Assembly (NCBI GenBank): GCA_963836205.1
Contig: CAWIIV010000006.1
Location: 576,001 to 640,000 of the forward strand
DNA length: 64,000 nucleotides
Direction: 5' to 3'
Source of the DNA: an uncultured Acidimicrobiia bacterium
GTDB lineage: Bacteria > Actinomycetota > Acidimicrobiia > Acidimicrobiales > AC-14
Under the pieces are notes generated by a model. It had not been told where the DNA came from and did not search any database. It saw only the letters and a list, made by a program, of their open reading frames with translations. This document shows positions 17,519-28,485 of this stretch, one piece after another. Position numbers and translations under genes: made by a program. The first letter of the stretch is position 1. Each line of letters starts with the position of its first letter.

Positions 17519-20206
17519 TCAGCGGTTCGAGAGGTGGCGGCGGACGGCCTTGGCCGAGTAGCGGGTGAGGCGCACAACGGTCGACTTGGCCCCGTCGGTG
17601 CGCACGCTCTCCCGCAACACCGCCACCAGCCGGCCGGCTTCGGCCCGCGCCGCCTGCGCCCGCCGAGCCGCGGGTGCAGCCGACGGCGGGAGCGCGTCTG
17701 AGGTGGACGCCGCCCCGTAGGGCTCCAGCTCGAACGGGTGAGGCGGCTCGGTGTGGGCGACCGGCACCCAGGCCGAGGCCGACTCGGACGGTTGCCGCAG
17801 CTCGGCCGTCTCGAGGATCTCCCGGTACCGGTGGGCCTGGAGGTGGGGCGACCAGCGCAGCAGCGCCTCCCGCCGGGCGTGGCGACCGACCGAGTGGCGA
17901 AGGGCGTCGTCGACCAGCAAGCGGTCGATGGCGTCGACCCACGCCTCGACCGTCGCCGCCAGCATCCCCGTTACCCCGGGAGTGATCGCCTCCCGGAACG
18001 GTTCGGTGGGACTGGCGACCGTCGGCGTCTCCACCAGGGCCGACTCCAGCCACTTGATGGCGCTCTTGGACTCGTTGAAGCGGCTGCCGGGGGCGAGGGG
18101 GGCGAGGTTGACGTCGAGCTGGCGCAGCAGCCGCGGCAGCTCCAGCCAGGGCAGGAACGGGAAGCGCACGACCCGGTCGGCGAACGGGTCGAGGGCGGCC
18201 GACGGCGTCACCAGGCCCGCCAGCCACAGCTCCACGCCCGGATGGCGGGTGAGGATCTCGGCGATGGCCGGCTCCACGTGGGCCCAGTCGAGGTCGTGGG
18301 TGTTGGTGCCGCTCAGGTATCCGATCCGGGGCGGGCCCGGCTGGCGGCCCCGCCGCAGGGCATCGTCGGACGCCGCCCCCAGCAGCACCCCGACGCCGTT
18401 GGGGAACTGGCGGGCGGGCAGCCCCGTGACCTCGGTGGCGTGCCGGCAGAGTGCGGGCGTGGTGCCGACGAAGGCGTCGCAGGCCTCCATCGTCGTCCGG
18501 TAGCGGCGGACGCCCTCCATCCACAGCTCGGCCTCGTCCGGCGGCAGGATCTCGAGGGCGGGGATCTCGGCGGCCACGTCCGGGTCGAAGATGAGGTCGT
18601 CGACGTCGAACAGGACGGGGACCCCCCGGTCGCGCACCGAACCGATCGTGGCCAGGATCTCGACCGTGGCCGGCACCCGGTAGACGACGACCGCGTCAGC
18701 CTGGGCGGCCAGGCGGGGGACGTCGGGGTGGCGGTAGTGGCGGACGACGCTCTCCACCCCGACCAGCGCCAGCGCCTCCGCCGGCAGCCGGGCCCGGTAC
18801 CGCAGCGGCGCCCCCTCGATCCCCACGACGAACAGCACTCGGCGGACGGATCGCCTCCTGGGGTTGGCCGGCGCAGCGGGTCCGGCCAGCAGCCCGGCGT
18901 ACAGCCGCTCCAGGCCCGCGACCTGGTCCTCGATCGACCGGACCGGAAGTGGCGGGCGGCACCCGGCCCGCAGGCGTTCCAGCAGCGCTCGATCGACGAC
19001 CAACGACCGCATGGCCGCGGCCAAGGCCTGCCCGTCCCCCGCCGGGACCACCAACCCGTTACGGCCGTGGTCGACGACCTCCTCCGGGCCGAGGGTGTCG
19101 GTGCACACCACCGGCAGTCCCCGGATGAGCGCCTCCCGGGTGACCAGGGAGTACGTCTCCCGCATGAGGGACGGGGCGACCACCACGTCGGCACCGGCGA
19201 AGACCGCGTCCAGGTCGACCGGGTCGAAGGGAGGCCGGACGTCGACCGGCAGGCGATCGCTGGCGGCCGGGGGGGCCACCTGGTCGTTGCGAGTGGGGCC
19301 GTCCCACCCGTAGGCGGTCAACCGCCAGCCGGGCCGCGAGGCCATCCGCCGGGCCGCCTCGAACAACACCTGAGCGCCCTTCATGGGATTGGTCCCCCCG
19401 GTGAACAGGAACCGCACCGGTCCCGTCTCGGCCTGCTCCGAACGGCCCGCGCCCGCCAGCCCGGTCACATCCGCCGGCACGTCAGCCGGCTCCGACCCGC
19501 CCGCCGGCCCGGTCGCTCCCCTTTCCGCCGGCACTCCCGTCGGCCCGCCGACGGCGGCACTACCGCCGCCGTCCGGCAGACCGTTCTCGTCGACGACCAG
19601 GCGGTTGGGGTCGACGCCGTTGGCGGCCAACACCCGGGCCGCGACTGCCGACGGGGCCAGGATGACGTCGGCCCGCTCCAGCATGGTTGCCAGCCGTCGA
19701 TTGCGGGCCTCCAGCCACGGCCGGTCCACCTCGCAGGGGCAGTTCCCGGCCGCCACCACCAGCGAGCACGGCTGCATGGCCCGGTCGACGAGGAACTGGC
19801 GGGGGCAGCACCACCAGAAATCGTGCATGGTGACCACGACCTTGGCCCCGCTGTCGGCCGCGATCGGCACCAGGTTCCCGCCCAGGGACTGGAGGGCGTG
19901 CAGGTGGACGACCTCCGGGCGCACCTCCCGCAGGTGGGCCGCGAAATGGGCGCCGACGTCGGGGTTGTCGAAATTCCGCTCGTCGCCCCACCCGATCCAC
20001 CGGCCGCTGACCACCCACCGCACGGGTAGCCCGGTGTCGTCGACCTCCTCCCAGGACTCCAGCGGCGGACGCTCCCCCAGCCACCCCGCATACACCGACA
20101 CGTCGTGGTCCCGCCCCCGCAGGCCCCGGGCCAGGCGCTGGGGTTGGAGCGTGCCGCCGCTGACGAAGTTCGGCGGAAAGTGGGCCGACACGACGACGAT
20201 CCGCAT
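17519..20206 (-). CDS. Bifunctional glycosyltransferase (two GT-B/GT4-like domains)
   Basis: VVTMHDFW, KGAQVL, ETYSLVTREA in the first domain; FDVDDLIF, GYLSGTNTH, FNESKSAIKWLE in the second. Confidence 0.9.
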   Translation of the reverse strand: MRIVVVSAHFPPNFVSGGTLQPQRLARGLRGRDHDVSVYAGWLGERPPLESWEEVDDTGLPVRWVVSGRWIGWGDERNFDNPDVGAHFAAHLREVRPEVVHLHALQSLGGNLVPIAADSGAKVVVTMHDFWWCCPRQFLVDRAMQPCSLVVAAGNCPCEVDRPWLEARNRRLATMLERADVILAPSAVAARVLAANGVDPNRLVVDENGLPDGGGSAAVGGPTGVPAERGATGPAGGSEPADVPADVTGLAGAGRSEQAETGPVRFLFTGGTNPMKGAQVLFEAARRMASRPGWRLTAYGWDGPTRNDQVAPPAASDRLPVDVRPPFDPVDLDAVFAGADVVVAPSLMRETYSLVTREALIRGLPVVCTDTLGPEEVVDHGRNGLVVPAGDGQALAAAMRSLVVDRALLERLRAGCRPPLPVRSIEDQVAGLERLYAGLLAGPAAPANPRRRSVRRVLFVVGIEGAPLRYRARLPAEALALVGVESVVRHYRHPDVPRLAAQADAVVVYRVPATVEILATIGSVRDRGVPVLFDVDDLIFDPDVAAEIPALEILPPDEAELWMEGVRRYRTTMEACDAFVGTTPALCRHATEVTGLPARQFPNGVGVLLGAASDDALRRGRQPGPPRIGYLSGTNTHDLDWAHVEPAIAEILTRHPGVELWLAGLVTPSAALDPFADRVVRFPFLPWLELPRLLRQLDVNLAPLAPGSRFNESKSAIKWLESALVETPTVASPTEPFREAITPGVTGMLAATVEAWVDAIDRLLVDDALRHSVGRHARREALLRWSPHLQAHRYREILETAELRQPSESASAWVPVAHTEPPHPFELEPYGAASTSDALPPSAAPAARRAQAARAEAGRLVAVLRESVRTDGAKSTVVRLTRYSAKAVRRHLSNR

Positions 20207-20289
20207 CCGCCGCGACCCTACCGCCGACGGCGAACGCCCGAGTCCCCGCTTCCGTCCAGGTGCAGCGACGCGAAAGCGAGGACGATAGG

Positions 20290-20326
20290 TGTGCAGTTAT
20301 GTGGGCTCTACCGACCTAACTGCACA
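20290..20326. repeat. Intergenic inverted repeat (REP-like hairpin)
   Basis: TGTGCAGTTA (20290-20299) and TAACTGCACA (20317-20326): perfect 10-bp arms between divergent genes. Confidence 0.7.
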
Positions 20327-20473
20327 ACAACCACCAGGGTCGGGGTTGGCGGACCAGGCGGGGGCGGGCGGCGGGCTCGTGGCGATGAACCGCGAGCCCT
20401 GGGGGGTATCCTGGGCGGCCGACGATGCGTCACATTCACCCTACGACGACGCCTGCCGGGAGAGCGTAGGTAC

Positions 20474-21380
20474 ATGCGGGTGCTCGAAGAAGAGGTCGTG
20501 GCGACGCCCACGGGGAGAGGCAAGCCCCGGAAGCCACGCCTCTGGGCGGCCACCGTCGGCAGCGTCCGGGAGATGGCGGACGCCCGCAACCTGCTGGCCA
20601 ACCTGACCCTGCGCGAGCTCCGGGGCAAGTACAAGCGGTCGCTGCTCGGATGGGCGTGGTCGCTGGTGAACCCGTTGGCCACCATGGCCATCTTCGCGGT
20701 CGTCTTCGGGGTCTTCCTCAAGGTCGACGTGCCGCCCGGCGACCCCAGCGGCCTCGACGTCTTCGCCCTCTTCCTCCTGTGCGGGATCCTGCCGTGGAAC
20801 CTGGTGGCCAACGGCATGACCGGCTCCATGGGCACGATCCTGGCCAACTCCAACCTGATCAAGAAGGTCTACTTCCCCCGCCAGGTCCTTGTTGCGGCCA
20901 ACGTGGCCTCGTCGGTGGTCGCCTTCCTCATCGAGATGGCGGTGCTGGCCGTCGTCCTGCTCATCGCCGGCAACTTCGTGGTCCCCTGGCTGTTGCCGGT
21001 GGTCGCCCTGATGGCGGTGCAGGCGGTGTTCGTCCTCGGCATCGGCCTCGCCCTGGGCGTGCTCAACGTCTACTTCCGCGACGTCCAGCACTTCACCAGC
21101 ATCCTGCTCCAGATCTGGTTCTACGCCACCCCCGTCGTCTACCCGGTGTCGTTCGTCCCCCGCAACGCCCATCTTCTGGGCCTCACCATCCCGGTGCGGA
21201 CCATCTACGACCTCAACCCGATGGTCCGCTTCGTGGAGGTCTACCGCGACCTCCTCTACGACGTCCGGGCGCCGGCGGCGGGCGACCTCCTCTACCTCCT
21301 CGTCGTCTCCGTCGATCACCCTCGTCGTCGGGCTGATGGTGTTCGCCCGCCTCGAGCCCAAGCTGGCGGAGGAGCTGTGA
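20474..21380 (+). CDS. wzm: ABC-2 polysaccharide exporter permease (+1 frameshift near 21314)
   Basis: RELRGKYKRSLLGWAWSLVNPL, KKVYFPR, FYATPVVYP, LNPM. Removing one base at about 21314 restores ITLVVGLMVFARLEPKLAEEL*, overlapping the wzt start. Confidence 0.88.
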
Positions 21381-22595
21381 CCGAGGCGCCGCCGGCGGTC
21401 GTGGTCGACCACGTCACCAAGCGCTTCCGCCTCTACCACGAGCGCAACCAGCACCTGAAGAGCACGCTCCTACGCGGCCGGCGGGCCCGGTACGAGGAGT
21501 TCTTCGCCCTCCGCGACGTCGACCTCACCGTCCCCGAGGGCTCCACCTTCGGCCTCATCGGCGAGAACGGGTCGGGCAAGAGCACGCTCCTCAAGTGCAT
21601 GGCCCGCATCCTGCGCCCGGACGAGGGCCAGATCGAGGTCAAGGGCAAGGTGTCGGCCCTGCTCGAGTTGGGCGCCGGCTTCCACCCCGAGCTGTCGGGA
21701 CGGGAGAACGTGCAGCTCAACGGCTCGATCCTCGGCCTGGGCAAGAAGCAGATCGCGGCCAAGTTCGACGAGATCGTGGAGTTCGCCGGCCTGGAGCGGT
21801 TCATCGACACACCGGTGAAGAACTACTCGTCGGGCATGTACGTGCGGCTGGGCTTCTCGGTGGCCATCAACGTCGACCCCGACGTGCTCCTCGTCGACGA
21901 GGTCCTGGCCGTGGGCGACGAGAGCTTCCAGCGCAAGTGCAACGAGAAGTTCGCCGAGCTCAAGGCGGCCAAGAAGACGGTGGTGGTCGTGTCCCACGGG
22001 CTGTCGTCGATCCGCAGCCTGTGCGACCAGGTCGCCTGGCTCAAGGGTGGCGACCCTGCACGCCTGCGGCCCGGCCGGCGACGTGGTCGACCAGTACATC
22101 GACGAGGTCCACCCCGACCGCCAGCAGGTGGCCGGCTCCGGCACGAGGTGGGGGTCGGGCGAGGCCCGGGTCGACCGCATCGAGCTCATCGACGGTGCCG
22201 GCTCGCCCACGGGCAAGGTCCGCACCGGCGACCAGGTCACGTTCCGCTTCCACTACGTGATGAGCGAGCCCATCCCCCGGCCCGTCTTCGGGATGTCGAT
22301 CCACACCCTCGACGGCCAGCACGTCACCGGCCCCAACACCCGGGAGGCGGGCTGCGTCCCCGAGCGGCTGGAGGGGGAGGGCCACGTCGACCTGGTGGTG
22401 CCCGTCCTCATGCTCCTGCCCGGCACCTACGACGTGTCCACCGCCATCACCGACTACGCCACGCTCCACCAGTTCGACTTCCGCCACCGCACGTTCCGCT
22501 TCGACGTGGAGGCGGGCCAGCCCAAGGAGTCCTACGGCGGGGTCATGTCGCTCGGCGGGCTGTGGCAGATTCATGCCTTGGACGGAGGACTGTGA
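21377..22595 (+). CDS. wzt: ABC exporter ATPase with Wzt C-terminal carbohydrate-binding domain (+1 frameshift near 22050)
   Basis: GENGSGKST, LLELGAGFHPELSGREN, YSSGM, LLVDEVLAVGD; continues in ORF 22047..22595 (RWGSGEA...LLPGTY). Confidence 0.88.
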
Positions 22596-25036
22596 ACGCC
22601 AACCAACTCCACCCGGACAGGGTCTCGGTGGTCATCCTCCACGAGGGCGCCATCGCCGACACCATGGCCGGGCTCCACGCGGTGGCCGAGCTCGACTTCG
22701 ACGCCGACCGGGTGGAAGTCGTCCTGGTCGACGTGGGCACCCTCGGCGGCGCCGAAGGCCGGTTGCGGGAGTCGGCACCGGGCGCCGTCGTGGTGTCCCT
22801 GAAGTCCGACCCCGGGCGGGCGGAGGCCCTCAACCGGGCCGTCAAGGCGTGCACCGGAACCTCCGTCGCCTTCCTGGGGGCGGGCCACGTCCCCGACCGG
22901 CAGTGGCTCCGGGCGTCGCTCGACATCCTCGACCGCGACCACTCCGTCGCCTGCGTGGCCACCCGGGTGGAACGGGCCGGGGCCGGGGCCGGGGCCGGCG
23001 GGGCCTGGCCGCCCGCCGTGAACTTCCTCGGCCTCCCGGTGCCGGCCGAGATGGGGTCGACGGCTGCCTCCGGGGCGACCGTGCAGGACGTGCTCTACGC
23101 CCCGGTCGAGGCCATGGTCATCCGGGCCGACGTCTTCGACGCCATCGGCGGCTTCGACGCCCGTTACGAGCGGGGCCTGGAGGACGTCGACCTCGGGTGG
23201 CGGCTGTGGCTGCTCGGCCACCGGGTGGTCGCCGCGCCCGACGTGGCCGTCACCGGACCCCGCCTCGAGCCGGCCCCGCCCTCGGTGCGGGAGCAGTTCC
23301 TCCGGGAGCGCAACGCCCTCTTCACCATCTACAAGAACTACGACGACGCCAGCCTGGCCGCGGCCATGCCCGCCGCCCTCGCCCTCGGCGTCCGGCGGGG
23401 CGTCGTGCTCGGCGGCGACCAGCCCGGGCCGGCCACGACCGCGTCGCCCCAACTGGTGGCGTCGGCCCACGCCATCGACGCCTTCGTCGGCAGCCTGCAC
23501 GAGCTGGCGCCGGTGCGGAAAGCGCTCCAGGCCAACCGCCAGCGCACCGACCAGGAGATGATCCGACTCCTGCGCCTTCCCCTCGGGGCGGACCTCGACG
23601 ACCCCCGCTACCGGGTCGCCTTCGCCGAGGCCACCGCGTCCCTGGGCGTGCACGAGCGGTTCGGCAGCCGCCGCCGCATCGTGGTCGCCACCTGCGACAC
23701 GCTCACCCCAGCCATGGCCGGCCCCGCCATCCGGGCCTGGCAGATCGCGTCCGCCCTGTCGCTGGAGCACGAGGTGGAGCTGGTCACCACCTCGACCGCC
23801 ACCGTCACCCATCCCCGGTTCAAGGTGCGCTCGGTGAACGACCACGACCTGCGGGAGCTGGAGGAGTGGTGCGACGTCCTCCTCTTCCAGGGGTGGTTCC
23901 TCACCGGCCGGCCCTTCCTGCTCAAGTCCACCAAGGTCGTGGTGGCCGACATCTACGACCCCCTCCACCTGGAGCAGCTGGAGCAGGCCCGCGACGAGGG
24001 TGAGAAGCGGCGGGTGGAGCTGGTGTCGGAGGCGGTCGGGGTCCTCAACGAGCAGCTCATCCGGGGCGACTTCTTCCTGTGCGCCAGCGAGAAGCAGCGG
24101 GACTTCTGGCTGGGCCAGATGTCGGCCCTGGGCCGGGTCAACCCCCTCACCTACGACGAGGACGGCACCATGCGGTCGCTGATCGCGGTGGTTCCCTTCG
24201 GCATCTCCGACGCCCCGCCGGTGCACAGCCGCCCCGCGCTCAAGGGTGTCGTGCCTGGCATCGGCCTCGACGACAAGGTCATCCTCTGGGGCGGCGGCAT
24301 CTACAACTGGTTCGACCCCCTCACCCTGCTGCACGCGGTCGACCGCCTGCGCCGGCGGGTACCCAACGTGCGCCTGTTCTTCATGGGCCTCAAGCACCCC
24401 AACCCCGACATCCCCGAGATGCGGATGGCGGTGGCGGCCCGGGCCCTGTCCGACCAGCTCGGCCTCACCGGCACCCACGTGTTCTTCAACGAGGGATGGG
24501 TGGAGTACGAGGACCGGCAGAACTACCTGCTGGAGTCCGACATGGGGGTCAGCACCCACATCGACCACCTCGAGACGGCGATGTCGTTCCGCACCCGCAT
24601 CCTCGACTACCTGTGGGCGTCGATCCCGGTGGTGTGCACCGCCGGCGACTCGCTGGCCGACCTGGTGGAGTCGAGCGGGCTGGGGCTGACAGTCCCGTCG
24701 GGAGACGTGGAGGCGCTGGAGGCGGCCCTGTTCCGCATCCTCGACGACGAGGGCTTCCGCAAGGGATGCGTCGAGAACGTGGCCCAGGTGGTGCCCGGGC
24801 TGGTGTGGTCGCAGGGGCTGCGGCCGCTGGTGGAGTTCTGCCGGGCCCCCCGGCGGGCGCCCGACCTCCTCGACCACGACGCGGCCCACCACATGCGCCA
24901 CGACCTCGCCCCCGGCCGCAAGACCCTCGCCGGGTGGCGGCACGACCTGCGGACCGGCATCGACTACCTCCAGTGGGGCGGTCCCCGCCTGGTGGCGAAG
25001 AAGGTCCTGGGCCGAGTCCGCCGGCTTCTGTCCTGA
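22592..25036 (+). CDS. Bifunctional glycosyltransferase (GT2-like + GT4-like)
   Basis: GTG 22592 overlaps the wzt stop; GGFDARY..GLEDVDLGWR, MAGPAIR, DIYDP, WGGGIYNWFDP, SFRTRILDYLWA. Confidence 0.88.
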   Translation: MNANQLHPDRVSVVILHEGAIADTMAGLHAVAELDFDADRVEVVLVDVGTLGGAEGRLRESAPGAVVVSLKSDPGRAEALNRAVKACTGTSVAFLGAGHVPDRQWLRASLDILDRDHSVACVATRVERAGAGAGAGGAWPPAVNFLGLPVPAEMGSTAASGATVQDVLYAPVEAMVIRADVFDAIGGFDARYERGLEDVDLGWRLWLLGHRVVAAPDVAVTGPRLEPAPPSVREQFLRERNALFTIYKNYDDASLAAAMPAALALGVRRGVVLGGDQPGPATTASPQLVASAHAIDAFVGSLHELAPVRKALQANRQRTDQEMIRLLRLPLGADLDDPRYRVAFAEATASLGVHERFGSRRRIVVATCDTLTPAMAGPAIRAWQIASALSLEHEVELVTTSTATVTHPRFKVRSVNDHDLRELEEWCDVLLFQGWFLTGRPFLLKSTKVVVADIYDPLHLEQLEQARDEGEKRRVELVSEAVGVLNEQLIRGDFFLCASEKQRDFWLGQMSALGRVNPLTYDEDGTMRSLIAVVPFGISDAPPVHSRPALKGVVPGIGLDDKVILWGGGIYNWFDPLTLLHAVDRLRRRVPNVRLFFMGLKHPNPDIPEMRMAVAARALSDQLGLTGTHVFFNEGWVEYEDRQNYLLESDMGVSTHIDHLETAMSFRTRILDYLWASIPVVCTAGDSLADLVESSGLGLTVPSGDVEALEAALFRILDDEGFRKGCVENVAQVVPGLVWSQGLRPLVEFCRAPRRAPDLLDHDAAHHMRHDLAPGRKTLAGWRHDLRTGIDYLQWGGPRLVAKKVLGRVRRLLS

Positions 25037-25053
25037 CCATCGCCCGGCGGCCG

Positions 25054-26562
25054 GTGGGCGCGGCCGTGGGGCCGGCGCTGGTCCTGCTCGCCGCCGCCGT
25101 AGTGTTGGCGGGCTGGGTCTTCACCAACCCCGTGGGCGGCTCGCCCGACGAGCTCAACCACGTGCTGCGGGCGGAGGCCGTGGGGCGGGGCGACCTGGCG
25201 GGTCGGCCCAACCCCGAGCTGGAGGCGCACGGCGCCGACGAACGGGTGGTCAAGTCGTGCTGCGAGACCGACAACCCGGCCCGCCTGCGGTGGGTCCGGC
25301 GGGGGGCCCGCATGGTGAAGGTCCCCGCCGCCCTCGACTTCGGGGCGTGCTTCGACGAGAGCGCCGGGTACGTCGCCCGGTGCGTGGCCGACGGGCGGGG
25401 GCCGGTGCCGGCCGAGCGGCTGACGACCATGGGGACCTTGGAGCCGGTGCCCTACCTGGTTCCGGGCGTGGCGACCCGGTTCGCCGACACTCCCGTGGCT
25501 GCCGTCCGGTGGGCGCGGGCGGCCAACGCCCTGGTGACGCTCGTGCTGCTGGCGCTGGCCGCCTGGGTCCTGCGGTCACCGGGGGGGCCGCTGGCCTGGC
25601 TGGGGCTGCTGGCCGCGGTGAGCCCCATGGTGCTGTTCGTGGGGGCGTCGCCCGCTCCCAGCGCGCTGGAGGTGAGCGGCGGCATCTGCTTCGCCGCCGG
25701 CCTGATCCGGCTGGCCCGGGCGCCCGACCAGGCGGCGACGGCATCGGTGTGGGCGACCCTGGCCGTGGGCGGGATGGCGCTGGCGGCCAGCCGGTCGCTG
25801 GGCCCGGTGTGGGTCGTCTTCGACGTGGCCGCGGTGACCGCCCTGGTCGGGCCCGGCCGGTTTTGGCGCACGGCCCGCGCCGGCGGGGCTTGGGCAGTGG
25901 GGGCGGTGGTGGCGGTGGTGGCCGCCGGAGCCGCGACCGCGGGGTGGGAGCTGACCCACCAGCCGGGCGTCCCCTTCGACGGGGGGTTCTTCCTCAACCA
26001 GCTCGGTCCGTCGATCGCCGACCTGCCCCGGGTGCAGCAGGAGCTGGTGGGCGTGTTCGGATCGGTCGACGTCCCCCTGCCCGGCCCCGCCCGGTGGGCG
26101 TGGACGGCGATGCTGCTGGGCCTGGTCGTGACCGCGTTCACGCTCGGCAGCCGGCGGCAGCGCACCGTGCTGGCCGCGGCCGCAGTGGGGGTGGTCGTCG
26201 TCACCGTGCTCGTGTCGTCGGCCTTCCTCCGCCAGAACGGCTTCCAGGTCCAGGGCCGCCACGTGCTCGCCTTCGCCGTGCTCCTCCCCCTGCTGGCGGG
26301 CGAGGTCGTCCACACCCGACGTCGCCGCCTGCCCCGCCGGCTGTCCTCGGAGGTCCTCATAGGCGGGGCGGTCGCGCTGGCCGTTGTGATCCACCTGGTC
26401 GGGCTCGACGCCAGCCTCCGCCACTTCACGGGACCCGACCACGCCCCGGCGGTGCTCCTCGTCCCCTGGTGGATCGAGGTTCTCGCCGGCGCGGCCATCG
26501 GCGGGGCGTGGCTTTGGCGGAGACAGATGAGTTCGCGACCGGCTATTCGTCGAAGCCCGTGA
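25054..26562 (+). CDS. DUF2142-like GT-C membrane protein
   Basis: GSPDELNHVLRA loop, multiple TM helices, QGRH motif. Start approximate. Confidence 0.78.
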   Translation: MGAAVGPALVLLAAAVVLAGWVFTNPVGGSPDELNHVLRAEAVGRGDLAGRPNPELEAHGADERVVKSCCETDNPARLRWVRRGARMVKVPAALDFGACFDESAGYVARCVADGRGPVPAERLTTMGTLEPVPYLVPGVATRFADTPVAAVRWARAANALVTLVLLALAAWVLRSPGGPLAWLGLLAAVSPMVLFVGASPAPSALEVSGGICFAAGLIRLARAPDQAATASVWATLAVGGMALAASRSLGPVWVVFDVAAVTALVGPGRFWRTARAGGAWAVGAVVAVVAAGAATAGWELTHQPGVPFDGGFFLNQLGPSIADLPRVQQELVGVFGSVDVPLPGPARWAWTAMLLGLVVTAFTLGSRRQRTVLAAAAVGVVVVTVLVSSAFLRQNGFQVQGRHVLAFAVLLPLLAGEVVHTRRRRLPRRLSSEVLIGGAVALAVVIHLVGLDASLRHFTGPDHAPAVLLVPWWIEVLAGAAIGGAWLWRRQMSSRPAIRRSP

Positions 26563-26594
26563 CATCGTTCGTGGAGCGCGACCAAGGAGCCACC

Positions 26595-27419
26595 ATGCCG
26601 ACACGAGACACCGCCCCCATCGGAGCGCCCTGCTGGGTCGACCTGATGACGTCCGACCAGGAGCGGGCCCGCGACTTCTACGGCCAGGTCTTCGGCTGGA
26701 CCGCCTCCGAGTCGTCCGAGGAGTTCGGCGGCTACTTCTCGTTCAGCAAGGAGGGGGCTTTGGTCGCCGGCGGCATGCCCCAGCAGCCGGGCTCGGAGCA
26801 GCCCGACGTGTGGTCGATCTACCTGGCCACCGACGACGCGGCCAAGACCGTCGAGACGGCCACCGCCAACGGCGGGCAGGTCCAGGTCGACGTCATGGTC
26901 ATCGCCGACCAGGGCACGATGGCCTACGTCATCGACCCGGGCGGGGCCATGATCGGGATCTGGCAGCCCGACGTCCACAAGGGATTCGGCATCCACGGCG
27001 AGCCGGGGACGCCGAGCTGGTTCGAGCTGCACACCCGCGACTTCGACGCTTCCGTCGCCTTCTACCGCACCGTGTTCCGCGACGAGATCCAAGTCGGCAG
27101 CGACACCCCCGAGTTCCGCTACACGATGCTCGCCGACGGCGAGACGGGGCTGGCCGGGATCATGGACGCCTCCGGCTTCCTCCCCGAGGGGGTTCCCGCC
27201 CATTGGTCGGTGTACTTCGGGGTCGACGACGTCGACGCCTCCCTGGCCAAGATCGTCGAACTGGGCGGCTCGATCGTGCAGCCGGCGGAGGACACGCCCT
27301 ACGGCCGCCTCGCGTCCGCCACCGACCCAATGGGCGCCCAGTTCAAGCTCGTCGGCCCCAACGCGGCCCCGCCGGCCGACGCCGACGCCGGCGCCGGAGC
27401 CGACGCCTCGTCCGCCTAG
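26595..27419 (+). CDS. VOC/glyoxalase family protein (two domains)
   Basis: GAPCWVDLMTSD, FYGQVFGW, DPGGAMIGIWQ, PSWFELHT, DTPYGR; AAGGAG RBS. Confidence 0.92.
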   Translation: MPTRDTAPIGAPCWVDLMTSDQERARDFYGQVFGWTASESSEEFGGYFSFSKEGALVAGGMPQQPGSEQPDVWSIYLATDDAAKTVETATANGGQVQVDVMVIADQGTMAYVIDPGGAMIGIWQPDVHKGFGIHGEPGTPSWFELHTRDFDASVAFYRTVFRDEIQVGSDTPEFRYTMLADGETGLAGIMDASGFLPEGVPAHWSVYFGVDDVDASLAKIVELGGSIVQPAEDTPYGRLASATDPMGAQFKLVGPNAAPPADADAGAGADASSA

Positions 27420-28273
27420 TCGCTCCGCACCACTGACCCGCCGGTGGATCCCGTCGTCGGGGTCCGCCGGCGGGCCACGCCCACGCCCTTGAAGAAGTTG
27501 TAGACGAACACCCCGTCCGCCTCGGTCGTGCGGTGGAGGGCGCGGATGCCGGCGTCGAACCGGTCGGCCTCGATCAGACCGGCCTCGATGGCGGGCCGGC
27601 GGATGCCCTCGACCATGGCGGTGAAGGTCTTGCGGGTGAAGCCGTCGACCAGGTCGGGCCGGTTGGCGTCGATGTAGACCATCAGCGGCCGGACCCGCAC
27701 GTCGCCGAAACCGGCGTCCGCCAGGAGCGGATAGAGCCGGCGCCCGATCAGGCCGTCGCCGCCCGCCGCCCGTTGGAGGGTGACCAGGCAGTCGATCGCC
27801 TCGTAGGCCGAGGGGTCGTCGGGATGGAAGTACGTCGAGCCGTGGTCGCCCTCGACCACGGTGATCGTGCCTCCCGGCCGGAGCAGCCGGCTGAGCACCG
27901 CCAACGCCTCCGCCGGCCGGGACAGGTGCTCGAGGACGAAGCAGACGAACACGTGGTCGAAGGACCCAGGAGAAAAGGGCAGGTCGTAGAGGTCGGCCTG
28001 CCGCAGCTCGACGTTGGTGAGCCCCAGCCGTTCGACCTTCGCCCTGGCCTCGGCGAGGGACTCGGGGGAGACGTCGACCGACACGAACCGGGCGTCGGGG
28101 CTGCGCCGGGCAAGGGTCACAGTCTGGGCGCCGACCCCGCAGCCCGCTTCGAGGACGAGGCTCCCGGCCGGATAGGCGGTGTCGGCGTGGAGCAGGTCGA
28201 CGAGCGTCCCCGCCTGGTCCTCCAACCGCTCGTGCTCCCGCCGGTCGTACCCGTGGACGTACATCTCGCTCAC
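27416..28273 (-). CDS. SAM-dependent methyltransferase
   Basis: YVHGY, VLEAGCGVG, SFDHVFVCFVLEHL, LLRPGG. Confidence 0.9.
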   Translation of the reverse strand: MSEMYVHGYDRREHERLEDQAGTLVDLLHADTAYPAGSLVLEAGCGVGAQTVTLARRSPDARFVSVDVSPESLAEARAKVERLGLTNVELRQADLYDLPFSPGSFDHVFVCFVLEHLSRPAEALAVLSRLLRPGGTITVVEGDHGSTYFHPDDPSAYEAIDCLVTLQRAAGGDGLIGRRLYPLLADAGFGDVRVRPLMVYIDANRPDLVDGFTRKTFTAMVEGIRRPAIEAGLIEADRFDAGIRALHRTTEADGVFVYNFFKGVGVARRRTPTTGSTGGSVVRSD

Positions 28274-28485
28274 CGCCGCGGCCCGGTTGCGGGGTGGCCG
28301 GCGTCGTCCAGGGTCGAAAACATCCCCACGAGACTGGCATGCGGTCGCGAGCGACCGAGCGACCGGCCGGGGCGCCGATTTCGGCTCGGTGTATCAGCAG
28401 GGCACCTCACCGACTCTTTCACCCAAGAACGAAGTGCGGGATGTCCGGGAGTCGGGCAGTTCGACCGCACATGGGGGGTAACGGG

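Noticed and set aside
20105-25036. 1643-aa Wzm-Wzt-GT fusion protein
   Set aside because: Two +1 frameshifts remove the natural stops; the correct C-termini and GTGA overlaps are visible in the adjacent frame.
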